Origin: Lama glama
Lineage: Eukaryota
Length of the DNA stretch: 64,000 nucleotides
Direction of reading: 5' to 3'
Assembly (NCBI GenBank): GCA_028534125.1
Contig: CM052818.1
Coordinates: 22,136,001 to 22,200,000 of the forward strand
Made by a program: the position numbers and the translations under genes. The stretch's first letter is position 1; the number at the start of each line of letters is the position of its first letter. This document shows, in pieces, positions 38,631 through 51,325 of this stretch. Under the pieces are notes generated by a model. The model was not told where the DNA came from, searched no databases, and was given only the letters and a program-made list of their open reading frames with translations.

Positions 38631-40789
38631 CTCTGGTCTGTGTTCTGTATGTTATGGATCATTGGTGGTTTCTTTAGTCCAGACTCTTAAGCACTTATCT
38701 CCCTTGGTCCTCGCTACTTCCTTGTGGTGAAGAGAGGGGCAGAGACTACTATCTGGGTTGTAGAGATGGGATCCTGAGACCCACAGCATTCTGTCAGTCT
38801 CTGCTGTGTCTTTGAAGGGAAGGGGCTGACAATTATAAGTAACGCAGAACAGGCTTTTCAACCATTTATAGAGGATGCAGCTGAGTTGGAAGGAACGCTC
38901 AGACTGTCAAGGGGGATCAGCCTTCAGGTTTGCTTTATTGAAGACCCGCTCTTGGCTGAGCTTGGAATTGTTTCTTTGGCTTTTTCACCAGTTGTACAAA
39001 TGGCCCTCCCAGCCTGGTTTCCTATGCACACCACTCACAGGTCTAGCTTGTGTTTCACTAGTCTGCCCAGCAACAAAATACGGTCTTTTGCTCTGTCTCT
39101 GGGCTGCCTTTGATATTCTCAAAGTTTCTTCTTCAGCTACATAATATGTGAAACATCGTGGGAAGGTAAAAACCATATACCTCTGGGGTAGTTATGGCTC
39201 TTGCTCTTGTTCCTGAGTGTTGGGGAGATGAAGGGCTTATTAGGGGAAAAAAACAACTATATGGGTGTTGGGTGTTGGGTATTGTATTCATGTTTGTCAG
39301 ACAGATTCCTGTCTTTACCAAGATTGGCTTATACCCTAGTTGAAAAAAGGAAGTCAAAGGCATGTGAAAATCTTTCTGTCATGTCTGTCCGGGTATCTCA
39401 TCTGTGTTTTAACAGTTCTGCTTCACCCTGTTGTTCTTTGTGAGGAAAGCATACGGGGTTAAGATGGGGAGGCCTCTTCTGCTCTTTCCCTTCTACAGCT
39501 AATAGATTCCTTCTCCACATAAAGGTACCTTTGAAATCAGTAAAAGACCTGCACCTGGAAAAGAGATGGTAGGAACTGAAAGGAATGGGAATCTCCATGG
39601 GACTTTCAGAGCCAGCTAAGTAAATAGAAAGTTGTTATTTTTTTCAAAAGCAGGAAATCATTTTGTAATCAGAAAACAAATTCTTTCACAGAACATTTTC
39701 TTGAATTATACATTTTGACTTCCTTGAAAAATGTTGACATGAATATATCAAACCCCAGAGTGTTTCTATAGTATACCTTGAAAACGAGAAATATGCTGAT
39801 CTCGGAATTTTCAGGGACTGTGGAAGAAAGACTCAAATTATAGGACATGCAAAAAAGGAAAGAACATGTGGGATTTGTTTTGTAATCGTTTGAAAACCCA
39901 GAGGCTCATAATTGCCATGTTGAAATAGATGGAAGTAATGCACCTCCGAAAAGGTGAGATTATCCCGCAGGTTCACAAGAGCCAGTGGTAAATGACATTA
40001 AGTCTCAGTGAAGGCTAGAAAAGCGCCATGGACATTACCTCATTTGGGAACAACACTGGCAGGGCTACCCTGTCTTTTAAGTAGAATTAAACGTCTGTTT
40101 TTATTGCCAGAATCCTTCATGTTGGGGACTTAACATTATTACTAGGTTACTTATCACTCCCAAGAAATCATGCTAGAGTTTGAAAAGTTCTCTTGTACTG
40201 AGGAAGAATTTGGCCAACAATCATGAGGAAGGGTTTTTTCTGATTCCTGGGTCCTGAACTCACCTTTTGGTAAGTTTCTTAATGCTTAAATATACAATTT
40301 GAAGCAAAAGGTTGAATTTTGAGTTTTTTCATTTCATGTCTCTGCTCTTGCTTTATTTAAACTCTTTTATATGGATAAGGTGAAGTGTGTACTTGAGGAA
40401 ATTTTGCTTCTATTAAAGCAGAAAACATTTCTGCATTTACCTGTACATTCTAGGCAAAGGTATTCTTTTTCCCTTCAGTTAATCCAAATAATCACCACAG
40501 TTCTACACACCCCTTTGCTGATATTAAATTTTCTCAGTTTTTACCAGCAGGATCTGTTGAACACTTTAATTCTTTTATTCTGTCTCCCACACCTCCTGCC
40601 CTGCCCTGATTTGGAGCCTTGACTTCTGCATTTGAGAATTCTAGGTCAAAAAGATTCCACTTTTCTGGCTGTGGGGCTGAGCAGTAGTGCTGCATCCTTG
40701 GGTTAACATGAAATATTAGCCAGGGATGGGCTTCAGACGGCCTAGGCCCATCCACTTGGGAAGTTTGTCGTAAAAGAAGTAAAATGAAC

Positions 40790-41030
40790 ATTTTGAGCAC
40801 CTCCTGTGTTCCACATGAATTGCACGTGTGACTTCATTAATCCTCCCGGCCACCCTACATGGTGGACGTTATTCACACACACACACACACAGGTCTCTGT
40901 TTCTGTGTGTTTCTGTTTCTGATGAGGAAATTGAGGTGAGCCTGGAGAGTGACTTACGTCAAGTCACCGAGGTAGGGCAGTCAGGGGTAGAGAGAAGACA
41001 TTAAACTCTAAAGCCTGCGCTCCTTGTCTC
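40790..41030 (-). mobile_element. MIR SINE with internal (CA)n
   Basis: CATTAATCCTCCCGGCCACCCTA...GATGAGGAAATTGAGG...GTGACTTACGTCAAGTCAC; (CA)n at about 40874-40891. Confidence 0.7.
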
Positions 41031-41089
41031 TTTAGAACTCACTGCCTCTCTGATAATTGATGTGAATAATGACTTTTTATGCCTAGGGA

Positions 41090-41288
41090 AACCAATAGCA
41101 CAAGGAAATATATATAAGATCTTGTAGTAGCTCACAGTGAAAAAGAATATGAAAATGAATATATGTCTATTCATGTATGACTGTAAAATTGTGCTATACA
41201 CCAGAAATTGACATAGCATTGTAAACTGAATATAACTCAATAAAAAAATTTTTTTAATAAATAAAAAATGCTTTTATTAAAAAAAAAG
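41090..41288 (+). mobile_element. Young, 5'-truncated L1 3' end (cetartiodactyl/camelid type) with A-rich tail
   Basis: ATAGCACAAGGAAATATAT...GAAAAAGAATATGAAAATGAATATATG...ACACCAGAAATTGACATAGCATTGTAAACTGAATATAACTCAATAAAAAA. Confidence 0.8.
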
Positions 41289-42124
41289 AGAGAATCCCTG
41301 TTTGCTCTGTTTTTAAACTCTTGTCACTCTGGTCTCCTTAAATCTAATTTGATACGATACTACAACATTGTCAACAAAGACGTCCATCAGGATTATAAAG
41401 AGGGGCAGAGGAAGCCAGTGAAACCCTGAGAAGCTAGAGCTGTTAAAAGACCTTTAAGTGTACTTATTGTACCTTCCCTCCCTCTGCTCATCTTTCTCTT
41501 CATTTCTCTTTGGTCTCCCGTTTAGTACCCCTAACCTGGAAATATGGAATCCTCCCTTGGGGCCTAGATTATAGCCAAGTTCATGGTTGCCACACCTTCT
41601 GTCAACCTTAAGGGTGTGACAAAACCTCTCAGACATGGGCAACCATAGGAATTGTAGATCTTAGGCCTGGGAGCTGACGGGACCATAAAAAAGTGGTCAA
41701 GATTGAATTCAATTCAGCAGACACTGTGGAACACCTACCCTGTTCCAGACACAGTGAAAACACCAGTTTGCCCTTTAAGGCTCTTACCTCCCAGTGTGGG
41801 GAGCTGTGGGTTAGAAACCAGGTGAGCCAATTAAACCCTCAGGGGACCAGGGAGCATATGAATAGCAGAAATGAAGACAAGGGAAAAGATAAAATAGCCA
41901 AATGGGCATCTGTCATAAAAGGAGACTGAAGCTGCGACTTTCTTAGTCCGTAACACCCTGATATGCTCTGTGTTAGGGCTGGCGGTAGGGTCTTTATAGG
42001 GGTGGGTACAGGGATGCTGGGCTCGGAGGGACAGCATGAGGACGAAAATAGAGGCAGATCTTGGTACTGCCTTTGTGGAAAAGAAAGGCAGAAAATCAGG
42101 AAAGAAGTAAAGATAGGCCAGTTT

Positions 42125-42276
42125 GGGGAGAGGGTAGAGCTCAGGGGTAGAGTGCATGCTTAGCATGCTCAAGGTCCTGAGTTCAATTTCCAGTACCTCC
42201 ATTATAAATAAACAAACAAATGAACAAAGACACCCCCCCCAAAAAAAAACCCAAACAATGAAGCAAACAAACAAAT
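42125..42276 (+). mobile_element. Camelid-type tRNA-derived SINE with TSD
   Basis: GGGTAGAGCTCAGGGGTAGAGTGCATGCTTAGCATGCTCAAGGTCCTGAGTTCAATTTCCAGTACCTCC plus A-rich tail; direct repeat ATAGGCCAGTTTGGG at 42113-42127 and 42277-42291. Confidence 0.9.
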
Positions 42277-43929
42277 ATAGGCCAGTTTGGGCAGCTAGTT
42301 GTCTGAAGGAATCACTATTCAAGAAACAGGGATAAGACCAACCACCCTTCACTCTCTGCTGTAGAGGGAAGCAGTGGAAACAGCTAGAAAATGAGTGGTG
42401 GAGGTAGCCTTAAGTTTACATTCTAATGGAGTTTTGTAAATAAGGAAGCGAACATTTTTAGAAAGAAAAAAATTTTAATTAGTATTGTTGCATTGCAACT
42501 TACGATTTAAATATAATTTAAAAGAGTGATCAGTCCTATCTTCTTAAAATGTGATGATGTAAGACGGCACTTTATGCTTAAAGAATTTTAATGTCTTTTG
42601 CATATTTCTTAAAAGCACAAAATTGTGAAACACAGAGTAGAAATTCTCTCCGGCAGTCCAGAAGTGGAACATTGCTTGACAAATTCCACTTGGCAACTCT
42701 AGCTTGGCCTATCTCTGTTGTTTACTTTCTACACAGAAAAAATATAATTTCAGAATGGAAAATGAAAAACAAAAGCATGAAATTATGCTGATGTTGTAAG
42801 TTATAAATAGATTGCTGGTCAGTGTGCTTTTTTCCTGGAGTGAGTCATAAAGAAAATGCTCACTCTTGTCAGGAGTGGCCAGATTTACTCATTCTTTCTG
42901 AGGAGTTGTGTTCGTGTGAAGGGAGAAAAGTGTAAGTTAGGAGAAAAGTGTTAGGAAGGTCCCCAAGTCCAGGAAGGGCTAAGATGGAGCTGCTCCGATG
43001 GCATGGTTGTAGATGCGTCAAGCATGTATTGATTCCTTCTGCTCCCAGGGACTCACCTGCAGCATCTCTGCATCCCAGAGTGCCAGAGAAAGTCTTTTCT
43101 GTGTGTGCCTTGACTTGAACAGGATTGGGAAGCACTGGGCTCTTAAAGAAAAAAAAAAAATAAAGAAAAAACTAAATCTTGTTAAATCTTACCTTTTGGC
43201 AATGTATTCCCATCTGGATATAAGCCCAGAAAAGTTATTTTTAATTAAAATGCTACTTTTGAAGATGAATTAATCTCTTCCTTATAAACATCAAAAGGCT
43301 TTTATTTGGTGTGTGTTACCTAGGGAGTTTTCTCTGGGTGTGGGAGACAGCTTTTAGCTGCCAGGTTCGGAGCACTGACTGGAGTGCACCGTCATCGTCA
43401 CTCTCCAGTGCCCTGTTGCTGAACTCGTATCAGCCAGGGGTATGTGGAGTTCAGAGCTTTGTCAGCCAATGTATCCCCAGCCTTTTGTTACTATTTAGAA
43501 TTAGAGTAGGAAAAGTAATGGTAGAAAAGAATATATGTATGTAAGAATGTATGTAGATGTACATGTACGTGTACCTACAGACCTATGTACACATGCATAC
43601 ATATAAATACATACCAGTTATGGAGTGTGTGTATCTATATTTGGGGAGGATTGTATTGAGTACCTATGGAGGCTCTTCTGGATGATGGATATTATTCCCA
43701 TCATACTGATGAGAAAGCCAAGGGCTAGAGGGGTTATGAGGTTTGACCAAAGTTACACAGGATGAATGGTCAAAGTAGAGCTGGGGGGTCAAAGCTTTCC
43801 AGTTTGTGCAGTTTACCACTATTCCATATGACTCCTCTGGCAGAGTAGAAAGAACACTCTCAGGCAAGAGTGACTCTTCTCTGGGACTTTCAAGGTGTCG
43901 GGTCCAATGGAAGTTGACATGGTCTCTTT

Positions 43930-44290
43930 ATGTGTTCATTCAACACCCATCGGTGGAGCACTGCCCTAGGTGTTGGAATACATCAGAGAACAGAAGAGAC
44001 AGCCCCTGGCTCTCAAAGATCACTGCTCTCAGAGTGTGCATTCTAGAGGCAGGGAAACAGACAATAATAAATGACATTATATTAAGGCTTACTCCAATTT
44101 ATTCGATTAAGTATAATAAATAAATAAAGTATATCATTTATTAGAAGGTAATCATTGCTGTGGACAGACAGAACAGTAGAGTGGGATAAGGGGAATCAGG
44201 AATTGGTAGGAGGAGGGCAGGTGGCAGTACTGAATGAGGTGTCAGAATAGTCACTGTTGAAAAGATGACACTTGAGCAAGTCCCACCAAA
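43930..44290 (-). mobile_element. L2 3' end
   Basis: TTCATTCAACACCCATCGGTGGAGCACTG...ATACATCAGAGAACAGAAGAGACAGCCCCTG...CATTCTAGAGGCAGGGAAACAGACAATAA...GATGACACTTGAGC. Confidence 0.7.
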
Positions 44291-45289
44291 AGACAAAGGA
44301 AAACTTTATTTTTTTAAAATAAAGTATAAACATCTTTTCTCCAGAAATGGAGTTGGTTACACATGTCTGTATGTTCAAGACTTCCTGTAACCATAGAGAA
44401 GTGCCTGCCAACATAGTAGGCAGTGGTGGATACACAGGACCAGGAAGAATGCCATTGCTTTAGAAGCCTGGGTGCTCTGTGAAGTTCACAAACTGTACGT
44501 GCAGATTACTGGGGACTACGCAAAGTCCTTTCCCTAGAGGATCACAGCCAGTCAAGTCAGTCTGTTGTGGTTCCTGTGAGCTTAGGCAGAGAGGAAAGTG
44601 TCTGTCACATCACCTCCTCTCTCTCCAGGATGATCTTTAACCGTCTGTCTGTGACTGGGCCTTAGCGACATGGAATAAAATGTAGAGAGTGTTTGTTTAT
44701 TCCTTTATTTAGCCAGTGGCTATTGAGTGGTTATTAAGTGCATAATACTAGGCCAGGCGCCACAGAAAATACAAAGAAAAGTTAATATATAACACATTCT
44801 CTGCCCTCCAGAGGCTTGTGAGCTGCCACGGAAAACAAGCCATCCACACCACAAACCTAACAAGTGCACGGAGACTCTCGGCTGTGGTGTGTGCCAGGCA
44901 GGTGGCCGAGATCACGTGTCTGAGAGGAGTGCTCAGAGAGGCTTGTGGGAGAAACCTTTAAACCAGTTTTCTGTCGTGGAGACAAGGGACTTGGGGGGAG
45001 CCGTGGCACGGAGGAGGGCGTGCAGAAGGTGTTCGCAGGGGAAAGGAGTAGACTAACGCGGAGTGCATCGGGAGGGATGGGGTGTGTGGCCTTCAGAGCG
45101 TGGTGTGCAAGGCAGAAAGGTGTGCAGAAGAGCATGTTGGCATGTTACTTCTTTTCTCTCATCCTTTTCACTGCTATTTTATATCAGACGTATAATGTAC
45201 AGAGTGTATTAATACAGTTGTATATCATTTCTGAATAAATAAGTCTCCCAGAGCTGGGAGCACGTGCTCAGAGGGCATTCCAGGCGGTG

Positions 45290-45530
45290 AGTCAGAGCGT
45301 GGGCTCTGGAGCCAGATGGAGTTCCCTCTCCATCCTAGCTCCGCCGCTTGCTGGCTGTGCTATTTTGGGTGAATTGATTTCTGTGCCTCTGCTGCTGCTT
45401 CTGTAAATGGGCAGATAAAACTACTGCACAGGTTGGCTGTGGGGATTAAGTGAATGAACTAATATGTGGGTCGTGCTCAGCAGGGTCTCTGGCATATAGT
45501 AAGTGTTCAGTGAACGTTAGTTGCTATTAG
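45290..45530 (+). mobile_element. MIR SINE
   Basis: AGAGCGTGGGCTCTGGAGCCAGA...CTGTGCCTC...CTGTAAATGGG...GGGGATTAAGTGA...CTGGCATATAGTAAGTGTTCAGTGAACGTTAG. Confidence 0.8.
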
Positions 45531-46642
45531 CACTACTTGGTGTTCCACCATCACCACTACCCCCGTTAGGGGTTTATGATCCAAAAATGTGAGGACCACT
45601 GATGCAGATGGTGAGTGAAAGATTTTGAGCTAAAGAAAGCAGCAGCTTAGAAAAATTAATGTCATCTGTTGAAATAATATTGTAAAAAATGTAAGACTCC
45701 CTACTGATCCGTGAATGTGTGCATAAGAGAGAAAAAAGCTGACGTTCAGCCATTGTGATGCTGTTTGTTGGCATGCCTCACAGAGGTTCCTCTGCTCAGT
45801 TAGCATCTTCCACCTTCCTGTACATTCACGCTGAAGATGATAAGAGCTGAGATTAGTTCTGATTATTAAGGGCTGAGTTCCTGCCTATCAGGTTATTATT
45901 CCTTGCACCTGTTTTGTTTTGAATTACACCCCCTCCCTCAGACCCCATCAGAAGCCTGATGAATCTGGAAAGGAACACCATCACACTGTCCCGGACAAAG
46001 GAGTCTTTTACCATTCGAAGGGGGAAATTTGAAGTTCACAAAGTGAAAGGAAGATACAGGATCCTCCCGGGTAGATTAATCTACCACTTCTCCGAGTTCA
46101 TCTTGGAAGACACTTTCCATCCCCTCCCCACCTTATTGTTTGAGGCTTTTTATGACAGAAGATAATTCTGAATGTACTTTAAAAACACAGCAAAACAGAA
46201 CACACGGTGGGCACGTTAACAGGCTTCTGATGTTTCCCAGAATTCCTATAAAATATCTGATGGTTTGTGGTCCCATTATGTGACACGATATGTTTGGTGG
46301 GCCTCCGTCCCATGAAAATAGCATTATTTGTTGTTTGGTTTTGGCTATGCCAGTCTAATAGGCAAAAGCAACACCTTATTAGGGAACTGTTTTGAGATTT
46401 CAGAGCACATGTGCTTGTTGCATAGCCCTTGGATTTACTTAGAGCACCCAACAGATTCCAGTTCCTAAGAACTCTGTTGGCTGTTTAAAAGCACCGTGGT
46501 TGAGAATAGCCAGACAATTTGACAGCCCCTTAGAGGCCTGAAGTAAAATCAGCCCCTGGGCCTAAAGGAAAGTTTAAATAAGCAATAAAACTTTCCATTT
46601 TAAACTATATTATTGTTCATGACATTCATATATTTCTCTGTA

Positions 46643-47544
46643 CAGTTGACTCTTGAACAGTGTGGGGGTTAGGGGTGCCAACAAGTGTGCCATTGAAAAT
46701 CCACATAAAACTTTTGTCTCTCCCACCACTAAACTGCTTAATAGCCTACTGCTGCCTTCCTGATAACACAACAGTTGAGTAACAGATATTTTATGTAAGT
46801 ATTATATTCTGTATTCTTATCATTAAGCTAGAGCAGAGAAAATGTTAAGAAATCACAAGGAAAATACTTTTATAGTACTATACACTACATTTATCGATAC
46901 TATTAAGTTTGCATAGTCTGTTTACAAGATGAATCTTCTGTCAGTATCTGTATCAGTATTGTCTTATACAAAACACTGTAGTTGTTATACATATTACTAA
47001 CACTAGACACCGAAAATGAAAAGGTAACATGAAAAGAAATTCATGTTTATTTACAGGTATAATTATTTATGCATTGATAACAGAAGCAGCAATCTGATTG
47101 CTTTATGGCAGCCTAGTGTGAATAAGATTGCTTCCCAGTAGCCCAGCCTATACGCTGTAAATGAATTGTTCTAAAAGTTTTGTGGCGTGTAGTATTACAG
47201 TCATATTCCTAATACAACATCAGGAACATTACTGCATTTTTAAAAAAACGACTTACCTGTGTTAATAGGCTGATACTTAGCTTCTCCAATTACCAGGGAG
47301 AAGGGTATACTGTGTGATAATGTAATACTTTGAAAGTAAAGTTATAAAACGGTAAGAAAACTAACACATTATTAATTTTATATTGAGTATCACTTACCTT
47401 ATGCCTACATAAGAATAGGCTCTTCACTTCAATACCAGTCTTGCATGCAGTGTTCTACATGTATACTTTTATATGTTTATTGAAAAAAATCCACATATAA
47501 GTGGGCCTACACAGTTCAAACCCATGTTGTTGAAGGGTCAGCTC
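46643..47544. mobile_element. Tigger2-family (TcMar) non-autonomous DNA transposon with both ends intact
   Basis: TA|CAGTTGACTCTTGAACAGTGTGGG ... CCCATGTTGTTGAAGGGTCAGCTC|TA: terminal inverted repeats flanked by TA duplications; about 900 bp; no transposase ORF. Confidence 0.85.
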
Positions 47545-47581
47545 TACTGGGTATCTCCATCCCCTCCCCACGGTCCTTCTG

Positions 47582-47788
47582 CAGCAGGGTTTCTTAGCTT
47601 CAGCACTATCAACTTTTGGGGCCTAATTCTTTGTTGTGGGAACTGTACTGTGCATTGTAATATATTTAGTAGCATCTCCCCAAAAGATGCCTGTAGTGAC
47701 CGCCCTTCCTTTTGTGACAGCAAGAATATCTCCAAGCATTAGCTCATGTTCCTTGGGGGGCAAAATCGTCTGAGGCTGAGAACCTTTG
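47582..47788. mobile_element. MER20 (hAT-Charlie) MITE
   Basis: CAGGGTTTCTTAGCTTCAGCACTAT...AATTCTTTGTTGTGGG...GTGCATTGTA...GGGGGGCAAAATCG...TGAGAACC. Confidence 0.8.
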
Positions 47789-48284
47789 TCCCATGAAAAT
47801 AAACAAATTAAATCTTAATTGAATTTCTCTTGTTATTGTCAATAACAAGCATTTTCAGTGTCTTCTTTTCACACCAAGAGAGTATGAAGGGTTGATAATT
47901 AAGGTAAAAACTTGTACTTGTGAATATTTTGATAACTTTTTTTCTTCTAATTTTTGCATAGTTAATTTATCAGTTACCCTGTTAAATTAGTTACAGATTT
48001 TGACATTAAAAAGAGTCAGTAAGAATACAGAACCAAACTGACAGTAGTCCTTAGTACAAACATATGGGCAGTGGTGGTTTCTTCTCTCTTTTCATTAAGA
48101 AACACATTCCGGTGGACCACAGTTTAATTCCTAGTGATGTTGAAACAGACATTCATTAACATCCATTTCTCCAAGTGTCTCATGACTTTTGCAAAATTAC
48201 CTTTGGATAGTGAATTCCACCAAAGTCTTCTGCAGAGTTTTCCGTATCTGAATTGGTAAGAAGGAAAAGTTAGAGCATCTGCCT

Positions 48285-48889
48285 TTATTTTTTTCTGCTT
48301 TATTGAGATATAATTGACATGTAACATTGTGTAAGTTTAAGTTGTACAGTGTGACAGTTTGATATATGTATATATTGCAAAATGATTACTACATTAAAGT
48401 TAGTTAACATATCCATAACCTTACATAGTTATAATTGTGTGTGTGTGTGCGTGTGTGATGAGATCTTTTTAGATCTACTCTCTTAGCAACTTTCAAATAA
48501 AATACCATATTGTTAACCATACTCACCATGCTCTAAGGTACATCTCCAGACCTTGTTATAGTTAGAAGTTTGATTCCCACCCTTGCCACCACAACCACCA
48601 GTCTGTTCTGTTTTCAGAAGTTCAATTTTTTTTGATTCCGTATATAAATGAGATCATACAACATTGTCTTTCTCTAACTTCTCTCATGTAAAATGATGCC
48701 CTCAAAGTCCATCCATGTCCTTGCAAATGACAAGATTTCCTTCCTTTTTTATGGCTAAATAGCATTACAATGTGTGAGTGCGTTCACACATACCACATTT
48801 TCTTTATCTGTTCACCCATTGATAGACACTTAGGTTGTTCCCATGTAGTGGCTATTGTAAATAAAGTTGCAATGAACATGGGGGTGCAG
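48285..48889 (-). mobile_element. L1 (L1MA-late-like) 3' end, interrupted by the RPL9 retrocopy
   Basis: TTTATTGAGATATAATTGACATGTAACATTGTGTAAGTTTAAG...TCTACTCTCTTAGCAACTTTCAA...GATAGACACTTAGGTTGTTCCCATG...GCAATGAACATGGGGGTGCAG. Confidence 0.88.
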
Positions 48890-49527
<638 letters not shown>

Positions 49528-50027
49528 NNNNNNNNNNNNNNNNNNNNNNNNNNNNNNNNNNNNNNNNNNNNNNNNNNNNNNNNNNNNNNNNNNNNNNNNN
49601 NNNNNNNNNNNNNNNNNNNNNNNNNNNNNNNNNNNNNNNNNNNNNNNNNNNNNNNNNNNNNNNNNNNNNNNNNNNNNNNNNNNNNNNNNNNNNNNNNNNN
49701 NNNNNNNNNNNNNNNNNNNNNNNNNNNNNNNNNNNNNNNNNNNNNNNNNNNNNNNNNNNNNNNNNNNNNNNNNNNNNNNNNNNNNNNNNNNNNNNNNNNN
49801 NNNNNNNNNNNNNNNNNNNNNNNNNNNNNNNNNNNNNNNNNNNNNNNNNNNNNNNNNNNNNNNNNNNNNNNNNNNNNNNNNNNNNNNNNNNNNNNNNNNN
49901 NNNNNNNNNNNNNNNNNNNNNNNNNNNNNNNNNNNNNNNNNNNNNNNNNNNNNNNNNNNNNNNNNNNNNNNNNNNNNNNNNNNNNNNNNNNNNNNNNNNN
50001 NNNNNNNNNNNNNNNNNNNNNNNNNNN
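49528..50027. other. Assembly gap (500 N placeholder)
   Basis: Run of exactly 500 N. Confidence 0.98.
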
Positions 50028-50158
50028 ATATGGTAAGTCTATTCCTAGTCTTTTGAGGAATCTCCACACTGTTTTCCATAGTGGCTGCACCAAACTGCAT
50101 TCCCACCAGCAGTGTAGGAGGGTTCCCCTTTCTCCACAGCCTCTCCAGCATTTGTCAA
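50028..50158 (-). mobile_element. Young L1 ORF2 C-terminal fragment (5'-truncated)
   Basis: Minus strand encodes ...[21 protein letters not shown], the L1 ORF2 C-terminal motif, with little apparent decay. Confidence 0.88.
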
Positions 50159-50189
50159 GAAATGATAATGTTCTTTAAGGTAAAAAAGT

Positions 50190-51325
50190 CCAAGTGTTCA
50201 TTGCTAGTCTTTAGGGACTATAGTTAATTTTTATGACTCTCATATTCTGAGAGTTTGCTAATAAACTTACTAGTTCTTACATCTTTTAAAAATAGATTTT
50301 TTAGAATTTTACTACATAGGTAGATAATCACGTCATCTATGAATAAGACCAATCTTCTCTCTTTCCAATTGGTATGCTTTTTATTGCCTTGCCTTGCCTT
50401 ACTGCACTGGCTAAAACCTCTAGTGTAAAATGAAATAGGAGTACTGAGAATGGACTTTTTTTCTTTTTTTGATTTAATAAAATTTTATTTTTCAAAATAT
50501 ATAGTTGGTGGAAACTGTTCACGCATCTTCACCAGCAGCTGGGTCATTTCCACCCTTGGTGTTACTGGTGTAAATTACTTGAGCTCTGTGCTTTGAAACT
50601 AGCTTAGTAAGTCCTTTACTAAGGAGCTCCTGAAGGGCTGCCCTGGCCAGGGAACCACGGCTCTTCAGTCTGTGAGTGATGACAGCTGGGGTTATAAGCT
50701 TATGGTTTGGGACTTCGTTACAAAATTTGTCATATGTTGCTTTGTCAAACAAGACTAGGTTATTGAGCTTGTCCTGAACTTTGCCTTTGGACCACTTCTT
50801 CTTTTTGGCCTTGCCCCTAGATTTGTTCACTGGGTCTTTGTCTTTCTTGGCTGACTTTCTGGCATCTTTCTTCTTTTTGTCATCCTTGGGCGGCATAGCA
50901 AAGCTGTAAGAGCAGCTGCTACCACTGCCGCCTCACTAGGATGTCGGACAAAAAGAGAAAGAACATTCTTACATTTCCCAACCATAGGAGGAAAGTGTTC
51001 AGCCTCTCATTAATACATATGATATTAGCTACAGGGTTTTTTTTTCCAGAATCACTTTATCAAGTTGAGGAATTTCCCTTCTGTTTCTAGTTTATGGAGA
51101 ATTTTTATCATGAACAGGTGTTGAATTTCATCAGTTGCTTTTTCTGCGTCTATTGACATAATCTGATGTTTTTCTTTTTTAATATATTCATATGATGAAT
51201 TTCATTGATATTGAACCAACCTTGCATTGCCAAGATAAACCCCATTTCTTCTTATGTATTAATCCTCTTTATTAATTACTGGATTTGATTTGCTAACATT
51301 TTATTAAGGGCTTTTGTGTCTAGAA
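50190..51325 (-). mobile_element. Old L1M ORF2 fragment split by the RPS25 retrocopy
   Basis: ACTGCACTGGCTAAAACCTCTAGT...AATAGGAGTACTGAGAATGGAC [insert] ATTCTT...AGGAGGAAAGTGTTCAG...TTTATCAAGTTGAGGAATTTCCCTTCTG...GGTGTTGAATTT: the L1 RT-region sequence is collinear across the insert. Confidence 0.8.
50456..50961 (-). pseudogene. RPS25: Processed copy of 40S ribosomal protein S25 (eS25) with an intact 125-codon ORF (50519-50896)
   Basis: Intronless [13 protein letters not shown]...AAGEDA, about 111/125 identical to recalled canonical RPS25. The minus strand has a 5' TOP-like leader CTTTCTCTTTTTGTCCGACATC, AATAAA (50484-50489) and a poly(A) remnant (T tract 50456-50470). Inserted inside an L1. 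Confidence 0.93.

Noticed and set aside
41831..42352. 173-aa minus-strand ORF with a hydrophobic segment
   Set aside because: It runs through the antisense SINE and its low-complexity tail; no recognisable protein or exon structure.
43530..43640. Alternating purine-pyrimidine TATG/TACA tract with local palindromes
   Set aside because: Degenerate low-complexity microsatellite; self-complementarity is expected from its composition.
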